Positions 46,589-56,038 of a stretch of 64,000 nt of DNA are shown here, piece after piece. How positions within the stretch are numbered: the stretch's first letter is position 1; each line of letters opens with the position of its first letter. This DNA is from a virus: IMG/VR virus record IMGVR_UViG_3300025276_000023, positions 65,103 through 129,102 of that record; one strand, given 5' to 3'. A program made the position numbers and the translations under genes. Under the pieces are notes generated by a model, which was not told the origin of the DNA, ran no database searches, and saw only the letters and a program-made list of their open reading frames with translations.

Positions 46589-49084
46589 ATGAAAGAGAGC
46601 GTTTTACTACACGCTCTCCAGAATGCTTGGGCTAACCCATTAGTCGATCAGCCAGTACGTTTAAAACCGGCTAAATTAACAGGCATTAACGGAGAGTTGA
46701 TTTCATTCGATTATTTCAATACTCGCTATCCATTACCTAATAGAACAGAACGTTTTCATATCTATCACATTGGTGTCTATTCTAGCAACGCTGTACTCCT
46801 TACAAAACTAAGTCAGTACGTATGGACGTCTATGGATGATTTGGTAACTAAGCAAGACTTTATCTTTCATGGTTATACAGACGATGGGATGTTCATTCCT
46901 AATCACGATGTATTTGTAATCCTATCAAGTGATAATGATTTAATCTTTGCGGTGCGTGAAAGAAAGCAGTACGACCTTTATAGAAAAACCTTCTATACTA
47001 GATTCCAGCAAAACGCATACTTTGCTTCTGAGTTTTCGACAGCTCCACTAGATTCAACAGCTAAAGGCAAACAGATAACTACTGATAGCGAACTGATTTC
47101 TTTAAGACAAGAAATTATTAAACATCAGAAATATGAAGGACATACCTTTATTTATAAAGATGGTTATTTGATTGATTCAGATACAATGCAAGATGTTAAG
47201 ATTGGTAGTAACTTAAGCTTTGTTTATGACAGTTCTATAAAAGAAGTTATCGACTTTAAGTTAGATGAATTAGATACTTACCTATCAGCTATCGATGTCA
47301 ATACCAAATACGTGCTACATCCTAATAAAATAACGAATCCTGGAACGACTGTCGACTATGTTGACGATGTCGATTTCTATCTGGTACACAAAGATCCATC
47401 AGGTGGTGAAACGAAAGGCGTTCTTATTTACAGACATAAAACTACAGACTCTCGCTCATTGACGCATAGAGACTGGGGTCTTAACTATGATCAAGTTCAG
47501 TTCTTATTAGATATCACTAAAGACATAGCTGATTATTACATTCGTGCCTATGTTCGTCACAGTGGACATGATAAGCGTCTTAATTTATCGGAAGATAGGA
47601 TTCATGAGTTCTATAAAATGTCTGACGACGCTATCTACGAATCATTAACTGGTAAATCATCTTTAATGCCGGAATGGACTGCTACTGGTTTAGAGTTGTC
47701 GGATTACATGCAGTTAGTTGCTAGTCCGTATAAACAGCTAGACGTCAGTGACGTCATACGTGGTTATGGTTATACCTCTTTAGCTAAAGCACTGGGACAG
47801 GCCAGTATAGAGGCACTCGAATCTAATATCCCTTTAGGTCACGCTCTAAATGAAAACGTTACTGTTTTTGAATATTCAGTAATTGGCAATTTAATTGGTT
47901 TCCATTATCATCCAGCTGGCAGTAGCTATATACCTAGTTCATCTGAATGTTCTTTCATAACCGTTCTTTATGGTAAGCCTGGAAGTGAATATAGCTATGT
48001 CGATTACGATTCGTCTGAGAAAGCAGATCCTAATCTAGACATACGAGTATTTGACTGTCCTATTATTGACGGTATTCCAGACAGAAAATGGAAAGAGATT
48101 ACTAATGAAACTAATAAATATCGAATTGAAGACGGTGAGATAATTTGGACGATTGATAAAGATGGTCGCTATGCTATCGTTGTTGATAACTCTATCTTAA
48201 AAATACACCAAGGTTCAATGACTGTTGATGATGGTATTATTGAAATAGACATACCTAGTGAAATGGGACTGATTCCTGAAAAGGTAGACGTGTTTATTAA
48301 CTCTAAGCACTTAGCCGCCGATATAGACTATAGACGTATAGATAATGAGATAGTTATTTTAAACACTCGTTACTACGACTCTAAAGAAACTATCAATTTC
48401 ATCATAGTCTGTAAAGGCATTGAAACTAAAATGTCTAAATATGAAATCCAAGAGAAAACGGGTTTTGTTATCAATGGTAAGATGGCAGTCGATAAAGAAT
48501 ATGACTTAAAAGATGATAAAGTTCTTTTCTGTTATATGGATGGTCGTTTAATACTTCAAGAGAAGATAGCGTGGGAAGAAGACGGTACTGGTATGACTCG
48601 TCCTGGTTTCAATGGCTTTCCTTTCTCTATAACGGAAGCTTATGTCACGTTACCTAAACTAGTTGATTATGATCACTACCCTCGTCGTCAATACAGTAAA
48701 GAAAGAGATCAGGCCATCACTGCCTTATTCTCAGGCATGGGTTTATACGATAAACAAGACAGTCCTTCTGTAATGACGGATTACGTACTGTACTCACCAT
48801 TTATGTCATACATAATCAACGACATTGTCAAGGGGCTGAGAGAACCATTAGAAGCTCATGACTCTATCGATAAATATAACGATTGGTGTGAACGGTACTA
48901 TAAATATCTTGACTATGATCCATGTGTTAAATTCACTAACCAACAGATGCAGTATGTCAAAATACTTCCGTCCATTCATATTAGTGAACGTGTATCTGAG
49001 AAAGAGTATTCTTTCTTTGCTCGTATCATTGAGATTTATTTAAAGGACCGCATCATATTGCGAGATAGTGTGGTGATTCAATAG
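46589..49084 (+). CDS. Virion structural / baseplate protein (phiKZ gp27-like)
   Basis: AWANPLVD, DYVDDVDFY, LTHRDW and LYSPF motifs; gene order. Confidence 0.75.
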   Translation: MKESVLLHALQNAWANPLVDQPVRLKPAKLTGINGELISFDYFNTRYPLPNRTERFHIYHIGVYSSNAVLLTKLSQYVWTSMDDLVTKQDFIFHGYTDDGMFIPNHDVFVILSSDNDLIFAVRERKQYDLYRKTFYTRFQQNAYFASEFSTAPLDSTAKGKQITTDSELISLRQEIIKHQKYEGHTFIYKDGYLIDSDTMQDVKIGSNLSFVYDSSIKEVIDFKLDELDTYLSAIDVNTKYVLHPNKITNPGTTVDYVDDVDFYLVHKDPSGGETKGVLIYRHKTTDSRSLTHRDWGLNYDQVQFLLDITKDIADYYIRAYVRHSGHDKRLNLSEDRIHEFYKMSDDAIYESLTGKSSLMPEWTATGLELSDYMQLVASPYKQLDVSDVIRGYGYTSLAKALGQASIEALESNIPLGHALNENVTVFEYSVIGNLIGFHYHPAGSSYIPSSSECSFITVLYGKPGSEYSYVDYDSSEKADPNLDIRVFDCPIIDGIPDRKWKEITNETNKYRIEDGEIIWTIDKDGRYAIVVDNSILKIHQGSMTVDDGIIEIDIPSEMGLIPEKVDVFINSKHLAADIDYRRIDNEIVILNTRYYDSKETINFIIVCKGIETKMSKYEIQEKTGFVINGKMAVDKEYDLKDDKVLFCYMDGRLILQEKIAWEEDGTGMTRPGFNGFPFSITEAYVTLPKLVDYDHYPRRQYSKERDQAITALFSGMGLYDKQDSPSVMTDYVLYSPFMSYIINDIVKGLREPLEAHDSIDKYNDWCERYYKYLDYDPCVKFTNQQMQYVKILPSIHISERVSEKEYSFFARIIEIYLKDRIILRDSVVIQ

Positions 49085-49097
49085 AGGTACAAAGAAC

Positions 49098-49439
49098 ATG
49101 TCAAACCTTTTTAGTCAAATACATACTGACGTTAAAATTGTAACCTCCTCTAAAGGTAAAGTAAACGTACCGAGTGAAGTAGAGGGCGGTAATGTTCCCG
49201 TGCGCATTTCAATGCACGACAGTGACGGTACCAACGTAGCAACAGGCTACTACGATGGTAAAAAGATTTATTCCGTTACTGATAGTACTGAAGGTCTTCG
49301 TGGACGTGTTGGTATTAAAGTTAGATTAAACGATGCGGATGGTGATGGTAAAGTATCATTATCTGAATTAATGCCTAATGCAAGATTGGATGGTTTCTTC
49401 TATCCAATCAATCCCCTAACAGTAACTGTAGAGGTATGA
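49098..49439 (+). CDS. Small beta-rich protein with an EF-hand-type calcium-binding loop
   Basis: DADGDGKVSLSE at 49332-49367; GAGG RBS. Confidence 0.7.
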   Translation: MSNLFSQIHTDVKIVTSSKGKVNVPSEVEGGNVPVRISMHDSDGTNVATGYYDGKKIYSVTDSTEGLRGRVGIKVRLNDADGDGKVSLSELMPNARLDGFFYPINPLTVTVEV

Positions 49440-49442
49440 TAA

Positions 49443-51569
49443 ATGGCCGATAAGATTCCTAAAACGAATCCCGAGCTCTTTAATAAAGTGATAATGCGTC
49501 ATGAATTATACACAGGTCCAGATGGGACTGGTGAGATAGTAGGTGAGGTAGATGATTTTATTTTAGACTATAGTACGGGTTTCTTTAGAGTTGTCGACGT
49601 AATAGATAACATAGCTTCCATACGTCCATGGACTCCCCCTGAAACTAGCACTATTCGTGAAGATCTTGGTTTGATTGGTTTATTAAATGCTAACTCTAAT
49701 GAATTTTTATTCTTAGACACGACAGTGACTCCACATCGCGTAAGTATTCCTAGCTCCGTCACGTTTGCAGGTAGTCAAAAGAAATATGCTAAACTATTCT
49801 TCGGTAGTGATCTGACTGAAGATAATGGCATTGTCATAAGTACGCATTATGAGAACGGTCGTTACGTTAGTGAAAATATTCCATTAGAACGTGTAATTGT
49901 AAGTGACTTTACTAACGAAGCACTTAAGACGATGAAAGAGTCGTACGTCAATACTAAACTTCCAGACAATGAGCTTGTAACCTTAGTGGTGTATAGCGAA
50001 ACTGGAATGCCTACTGATATACGAGAGTTCCGCGTCTATAATACAAACTACGTTAAGTCTTTAAATGTTCGTGAAAGCTATATCACATCCATTGAATTGA
50101 ACTCTAATTTCTTTAGTGAAAATGATTCATCGTTGCTTGAAATACCAATGAATGTTTCTCTACGTGATTTAGACCTTACTGCTACTATTCGTTATCGCAA
50201 TGAGCAAACTCGAACCGTGGCTATTGATGGCAATACAATGCGTATCGATGGTTTAGATAACTATATCAGCAATACCGACGGCAAACAGGCAAACATCAAC
50301 TTAGTTTATTCTTTGAGCGATGGTGAATATACATTAAATGCCGGTGGTCAGAATAAACGTATCGTTAATCAGAAATATAAAATCACCACTGTCGAGACAG
50401 AAGGTAACTATACTGTTAAGTTATACGTAGTTCCTAACTGGGTAAGTGACGATGTAGGTTATGTATTAGAATATTACCTTTACGATCTAGATCGCGGTGA
50501 TTATTTCTACGCAACTCCTTTTGTTGAGATGGGCAGTGGTTCACAACCATTCAAATCTAAACAGTACGGTACTGAGCAATGGTTGACAGTCGTAATCGAT
50601 GTATCTAAAGCTAACCGTAATTCAAAGCCATACAGACACGTACAGAAGTTTGCTGTTAGCTTGTTAAGCAATGGTCGTTCAGATCAAACACCTTGGTTAA
50701 TTCGTTATGAGGACGACGGTAAATTGGAATACGGCTATAACCTTGAAGCAGTTGCAACCTATCAAACGATTAATGATTGGAAGATTGATATTTCTAATAA
50801 CCTAGAAAATACAACTAACTTCCTAACTGCGTGTTTTTACGCATCAAAACCATTAGTCAATACAGCCATTGAAAAGAACACTCCCGCTCCAACTCACTTC
50901 ATTATGAACATCAATGGACGTGAGACTGAACACGTATTATCTGAATGGAACAATACGCTTAACAGTACTGTAGGCGGTACAGAAGGTAAATGTATTCTTT
51001 TACATTGGATTCGTAAGATTGGCGGACAAGTACTTCACCTAGGTATGTCACCCCTAATAACGCGTACTGAAATAAAATCATTGGCAGTCAGTTCTTCTAA
51101 TGTTTCATTTCAAAAACCTGAAACGCTAGCCAATAACTTTTTAGAGCTACAGTCAGGTAACAGTACGGTCAATGAGTTTGATAAGAACACGTCTATTAAA
51201 TTCAGCGCTGACGGTACGTACGAATTGTTATGGACGTCTGACGTAGATACCCGTGGTGAAGTCATTCCTAATACTGGCTTTAAAGGCGAGTGGATAAATG
51301 GAACGCGTGACGATAACAATCGTTATCAGGTATCTGTAGCTATCATATCTCGTTGGGAGGCAGGAGACGGAATCAACTTCATCGACCTTAATCTCAATGG
51401 CGCCGATTACGAAAACGGTAAAATAGTGGATATTGCAGGAGATGTAATCTTCTCAATGGAAAGTGATTTTGCACCATCGGGCTCTGAGATTTCTATTTCA
51501 GTGGCGATACGTAACAAAGACGTTCAAGCTTCTCGCGTCATTGATACATTAACGATAACTAAAAACTAA
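49443..51569 (+). CDS. Virion structural protein (phiKZ gp26-like) with C-terminal extension
   Basis: ELYTGPDGTG, KLFFGSD, YTVKLYVVPNW..YYLYDLDR motifs; about 160 extra beta-rich residues after the core. Confidence 0.72.
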   Translation: MADKIPKTNPELFNKVIMRHELYTGPDGTGEIVGEVDDFILDYSTGFFRVVDVIDNIASIRPWTPPETSTIREDLGLIGLLNANSNEFLFLDTTVTPHRVSIPSSVTFAGSQKKYAKLFFGSDLTEDNGIVISTHYENGRYVSENIPLERVIVSDFTNEALKTMKESYVNTKLPDNELVTLVVYSETGMPTDIREFRVYNTNYVKSLNVRESYITSIELNSNFFSENDSSLLEIPMNVSLRDLDLTATIRYRNEQTRTVAIDGNTMRIDGLDNYISNTDGKQANINLVYSLSDGEYTLNAGGQNKRIVNQKYKITTVETEGNYTVKLYVVPNWVSDDVGYVLEYYLYDLDRGDYFYATPFVEMGSGSQPFKSKQYGTEQWLTVVIDVSKANRNSKPYRHVQKFAVSLLSNGRSDQTPWLIRYEDDGKLEYGYNLEAVATYQTINDWKIDISNNLENTTNFLTACFYASKPLVNTAIEKNTPAPTHFIMNINGRETEHVLSEWNNTLNSTVGGTEGKCILLHWIRKIGGQVLHLGMSPLITRTEIKSLAVSSSNVSFQKPETLANNFLELQSGNSTVNEFDKNTSIKFSADGTYELLWTSDVDTRGEVIPNTGFKGEWINGTRDDNNRYQVSVAIISRWEAGDGINFIDLNLNGADYENGKIVDIAGDVIFSMESDFAPSGSEISISVAIRNKDVQASRVIDTLTITKN

Positions 51570-51572
51570 ATA

Positions 51573-51604
51573 AATGAGGAGGGAATTAGTCCCTCCTCAT
51601 TATG
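51573..51604 (+). terminator. Hairpin followed by TATG
   Basis: AATGAGGAGGGA-loop-TCCCTCCTCATT then ATG. Confidence 0.75.
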
Positions 51605-51638
51605 TTCGCTATTTTGTGATATAACTTAGGAGCTAACT

Positions 51639-54077
51639 ATGAGACAAATTAAAATACCAGTTGGTCAAATCATTGAGGACAGGAGCTTCATTGTTGACTA
51701 CGTTGGTCAAAATACCGGAAGACTGGTTGAGAAAGTAATACTCGATGGGACTACCGAAATTGAATATACTGGTGATGAAAGAGAGAAAGGACTTAGAACC
51801 ATTCTAGTTAAGAACGATGTTCGTCCTTCTGCCGATTCAAGCACTTTAAACATTACTCTAAACATCTCTAAGAAAACCCAGAGAAAAGTTAATATAAAAC
51901 TAAAAGGTAATTATGAAATAGAAGTTAACTGGGGCGACGGTTACGTGCAGGCAATCTCTGGGGATGGCGAAACTGTAGTAGAACATACATATAGTCAAGA
52001 CGTCGTTAATCGCATGTCTATATCAGGCAGTGCCGAAGATATAAACGTTTCATCGGACTCCATTGTAATTGTAAGTAGCTTCGGTAAACTCGGATTAAAT
52101 AAAATAGATTTTAGTAACTGTACTAATTTAATCAAGATTCCAGAGTCTTTACCTGAATCAGTAATTGATCTTTCTTATTGTTTCAGTAACTGTCATCGAA
52201 TCGATACCGGCAACTTAAGTCTCTGGGACTTCAGTCACGTCATTGATCTGACAGGTTTCTTATCTTTTGCGGAAGACAAGTTAGTATCGTTCAGTAACAT
52301 GACTTTAGAAAAACTCGAATCTATCGATAAGTTTTTCTATAACTCCACTCGCTGTACTCTACAGTTCAATAACTGTAAATTGCCGTCTCTTAAATATATG
52401 GACGGTGTCTTTGAAGCTGCAAATACTCCCACATTCCTTATCAGTGAAGTTAAGATGCCTGACCTGACTACGTTAAAGAACGTTTTCCTTGAAGCATATA
52501 CTGTTACTGAGAACCGTGGATTGTTTAAAATCACCGATAGTATTTTAGGCATGACAGTTGTAGAAAATTTGATCTACGATTGCTCTGGCATTGATGTAAT
52601 TTTTGAAAATTTGTCTTTCCCAAATGCTATAAGTGCTAGACAATTGGCAGTAGACATAATAGATACTGACATCAAGATCGACAACCTGACGTTTGGGGTA
52701 GAGACATCCGTAACTCGATTGTTTTCAAACGTCAATGCCTCGGTTAGCAATAAACGTTCTTCTATTTTTGTTCTAGGAAACACGTTAGGGAAAATAACAG
52801 ACTTCTATAGATTAATAGATAACGTATCCGATACTGATATTGTGTTTAACTTTAAGCAATTTTCACAAGAAACTCTGATTGATAATTTTACCGGAATGTT
52901 ATTTAGTTTATCTAAGGTAGATATCAATTTAAATAATGTTGATATATCGACCATAGACATTACGGAGATGGTGGAAAACAGTAACGACGTAATGTTCAAG
53001 ATGAATTTGACAATTGCTGAGCCCATAGTCTTCACTCGCATAGCTACAGATTCTGATCGTATAACGATAGATCTTTCAAACAGTCTGTTTAGAGATACTG
53101 TCGAATACCGAACACTCTGTCCTGGCGCTAAAGAAGTTAAGCTAATAGAGACCAAAGTAACTTACGAGAAAGATGTTACATATAGCCGAGTCTTGCAATC
53201 ACATGAAGTTATCTGCTATGAAGCCATAGATAACATCTATAGAGAGAATGTCTATATCGATGCCTTAGTCGATGATTGTGGAGTGGATGAAATATATGCT
53301 AACAACTGGAAGATCTTTAAAGACCTTACTCTAATATGTCTATTTAAAAGGACTGAATTAATAAATCAGTTTAAAGAAATAACACTCAATGGTTGGTACA
53401 TCGCCGGCAATTTAAATTCTAAGACGCTTTCTCGTTATAAATTAGAAACCGAAGGCTATCTAGTAAGATGGTTTAAGAAATGTCGAATAGATCTAGTCTC
53501 TATGAGAAACTGGACTATAGATAAAGTAAGTAATTTGGAAAGTAACTGTTCTGATATATCAGGTATAAATAAATTAGATCTAGAGAACTGGACTGTCAAT
53601 GATATAAACATGAATTTTACGTTTAGTAATTGCGGTGCAAACATTAGCTTGAAGCGATGGGACTTTAGAAAAGATGTTATTTTACAAAATACATTTTCTA
53701 GTAACGTTAATTACAATCGTACCATAGATCTCAGCGGTGTCCTGTTTTCTGCTAAAGTATCTTTCTTAGAGACTTTTAAGAACAGTAATGTTAATATAAA
53801 TTTACTTTCAATGAAGTTTAGAGAGCAGACGGTATTTAGAAATACTTTCGAGTATTTAGGTAGTTCGCCTGCTGGTAAAGACATTGAGATATTAATTACC
53901 GGTCTCGCTAGTTTAAATGTAGATAATGTAGTCCTCATAGATTCATTCATGATTGGTCTAGGACGAGAAGTTAAAGTAAACGGTCTGGAAGGATTGATGT
54001 TATGGAATCTTAATAGCGGCACTTTAGTCATTACTCCATTTACTAATACAACTCTTCCATTTGATCCTCCATTTTAA
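51639..54077 (+). CDS. BspA/DUF285-like leucine-rich repeat protein with N-terminal PKD-like domain
   Basis: IEVNWGDG (PKD-like); FSNCTNLIKIPESLPESVIDLSYCFSNC..LSLWDFSHV; degenerate repeats of about 25-28 aa along the remainder. Confidence 0.7.
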   Translation: MRQIKIPVGQIIEDRSFIVDYVGQNTGRLVEKVILDGTTEIEYTGDEREKGLRTILVKNDVRPSADSSTLNITLNISKKTQRKVNIKLKGNYEIEVNWGDGYVQAISGDGETVVEHTYSQDVVNRMSISGSAEDINVSSDSIVIVSSFGKLGLNKIDFSNCTNLIKIPESLPESVIDLSYCFSNCHRIDTGNLSLWDFSHVIDLTGFLSFAEDKLVSFSNMTLEKLESIDKFFYNSTRCTLQFNNCKLPSLKYMDGVFEAANTPTFLISEVKMPDLTTLKNVFLEAYTVTENRGLFKITDSILGMTVVENLIYDCSGIDVIFENLSFPNAISARQLAVDIIDTDIKIDNLTFGVETSVTRLFSNVNASVSNKRSSIFVLGNTLGKITDFYRLIDNVSDTDIVFNFKQFSQETLIDNFTGMLFSLSKVDINLNNVDISTIDITEMVENSNDVMFKMNLTIAEPIVFTRIATDSDRITIDLSNSLFRDTVEYRTLCPGAKEVKLIETKVTYEKDVTYSRVLQSHEVICYEAIDNIYRENVYIDALVDDCGVDEIYANNWKIFKDLTLICLFKRTELINQFKEITLNGWYIAGNLNSKTLSRYKLETEGYLVRWFKKCRIDLVSMRNWTIDKVSNLESNCSDISGINKLDLENWTVNDINMNFTFSNCGANISLKRWDFRKDVILQNTFSSNVNYNRTIDLSGVLFSAKVSFLETFKNSNVNINLLSMKFREQTVFRNTFEYLGSSPAGKDIEILITGLASLNVDNVVLIDSFMIGLGREVKVNGLEGLMLWNLNSGTLVITPFTNTTLPFDPPF

Positions 54078-54089
54078 TAAGGTTTAGCA

Positions 54090-55319
54090 ATGGCGCTTAT
54101 AAAGGATATTTACGATAGTAATTTATCGCAACTTAAGATAGATGCGGAACTATGTAAAGACATAATAAAATATGAACATTCGTTTGTTCGTAAAAATCAA
54201 GAACATGTAGATTTCTTTGGTTCTGCTTTACTGGGAACACATCGAGTTATCTGGGGAAATGAAGAAAGGAATAAATGGTTAGATGATATTTTAGAAGTGG
54301 ATGAGATAGCCCTTCGTAAAGATATCTACGACTTGCCACCTGAGCTCAATCCTAAAGACGGTTCTGGTAAAATGAAGATCAAAGTAGGTCTGAACTTTAT
54401 TAACCTTAGCTTTGTTTACTTGGCGTTTAGAATCAATACGTCTAAGTTACCAAGACAGTTAAGAACAGATGCGATGGAATCTATATTCAGAGTAATACAC
54501 TACAAGTTTATTACTTCTCTTATACAGAACTATTTTAAAACGCATATGTCGGAGCGTCGTACAGCAGAAGCAGCATTCAATGAATTGAATGACCGCTTTG
54601 ATTTAAAACGTTACGGTAGTTGGAAGAAGCTAATAGACATGCGTGCTGAAATGCTTTCGTCTACTAGAACAATCCATAAAAACACGCTTGAAAACTTCAA
54701 TGATGATAAATCAGTAATCTATGTAGTAACTGATATACAAACTCGTATTCGTCGATTGATACAAGTGTACTTCGGTGTACTGGATGACGTTACTCGCTCT
54801 AAGCGACATCTAGTAACTACTTCAAGTATGGTAGATACAGACGATGGGCAAATGGTAAAAGATATAGTTATTGAAAAGAATAACTACTACCGCTACCTGA
54901 TGCAAGTACTGCCAGACAAACGTTCTTTGATTAAAGACGATATTCTCTACCCGTTATTAGACATTAACCATTCTGCCTCTCCTGATAAAGTAAGAGAGAT
55001 ATTGGGTTATATATCTGAACACGCTAGGGATAAAGAAGTGACTGTTCTGTGTAATGAGTTATTGATCTTTGTATTTAGTTTTATGAAAGAGAAGAAACTC
55101 AAAACATCTCAATTAGCTGAACTAGCAACTCGTCTCAAAGCAATGTATACAGGTTCTAAAATTAAAGACCCTGCTATATTGAATCTAAGAACCAAAGGTG
55201 ATGCATTAGTACGTAAGGGCAGTAAGTACTCAAGAACCGCTCCTGTGTCCACTGAGCGCACTGTAGTGCTATTATACTTAGCCATTCGTACATTGTCTAT
55301 AAACCGTTATAAAGCGTAA
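54090..55319 (+). CDS. Virion structural protein (phiKZ gp32-like)
   Basis: KNQEHVDFFGSALLG, FDLKRYGSWK, DIQTRIR motifs. Confidence 0.7.
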   Translation: MALIKDIYDSNLSQLKIDAELCKDIIKYEHSFVRKNQEHVDFFGSALLGTHRVIWGNEERNKWLDDILEVDEIALRKDIYDLPPELNPKDGSGKMKIKVGLNFINLSFVYLAFRINTSKLPRQLRTDAMESIFRVIHYKFITSLIQNYFKTHMSERRTAEAAFNELNDRFDLKRYGSWKKLIDMRAEMLSSTRTIHKNTLENFNDDKSVIYVVTDIQTRIRRLIQVYFGVLDDVTRSKRHLVTTSSMVDTDDGQMVKDIVIEKNNYYRYLMQVLPDKRSLIKDDILYPLLDINHSASPDKVREILGYISEHARDKEVTVLCNELLIFVFSFMKEKKLKTSQLAELATRLKAMYTGSKIKDPAILNLRTKGDALVRKGSKYSRTAPVSTERTVVLLYLAIRTLSINRYKA

Positions 55320-55323
55320 CGTG

Positions 55324-55356
55324 CATAAGGGAAGGGACTTAGTCCCTTCCTCTATG
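55324..55356. terminator. Bidirectional hairpin flanked by CATA/TATG
   Basis: GGAAGGGAC-TTA-GTCCCTTCC between convergent genes. Confidence 0.8.
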
Positions 55357-55357
55357 T

Positions 55358-56038
55358 TTAGTCTTGGATTTCTTCCACTACCACTGGCTGCTCAGCGGCA
55401 TCGGTTGTAGTTTCCATTTGTTGTTTTTGCATTGAATCATGGAACTGCTTTTGCATCACGTGTAAAACTTGTACAGTGATTAGATCGAATCTAACAAGGT
55501 CTTCATCGATAGAGAACCCAACCACGTGGCTAAGGATTGATACCGCATGTTCAAATGATACACGAGTAATGTCACTACCTTCAGTTGATTCAATAAACTT
55601 AGGAAGATTATCGTCAAAGAACTTTTGAGCGTAAGTGATGAACGTACGATTATAAACTTCTGGAATTAATGTTTCGTGTTCAATGCCTACTGTTTTAAGT
55701 TCTAATTTAAACTCACCCAGCACTGCCATCATTAGACGGTTACAAATAACACCAGCTGTTTGACGAATTTCATTTACGATATTCATTTGCTCAGTGTAGT
55801 AATTGCTGTCTATTGCAATTTTACCAGCAGTTGGTTCAGCGTCTGTCAGACCCATTGATGAAAGGATAGATTCAACTTCCGCATCTTGCTTAGCCAGTTC
55901 TTCAAGTTCTTCTTCTGTATAAGGAACTTCATCGACTGCTTGAATTGCTTTCGTTTCACCACGACCCTGTAACTCTAAATCATCAACGCCCTGAGTTGTT
56001 TCTACTTCAACTGCTTCATTAACTTCTTTCATTTTCAT
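55358..56038 (-). CDS. Acidic hypothetical protein downstream of terminase
   Basis: Start moved to the ATG after AAGAAGG, overlapping the terminase 3' end (track start 56134). Confidence 0.68.
   Translation of the reverse strand: MKMKEVNEAVEVETTQGVDDLELQGRGETKAIQAVDEVPYTEEELEELAKQDAEVESILSSMGLTDAEPTAGKIAIDSNYYTEQMNIVNEIRQTAGVICNRLMMAVLGEFKLELKTVGIEHETLIPEVYNRTFITYAQKFFDDNLPKFIESTEGSDITRVSFEHAVSILSHVVGFSIDEDLVRFDLITVQVLHVMQKQFHDSMQKQQMETTTDAAEQPVVVEEIQD

Noticed and set aside
51639-54077. Diversity-generating retroelement target
   Set aside because: No reverse transcriptase and no template/variable repeat pair in the window
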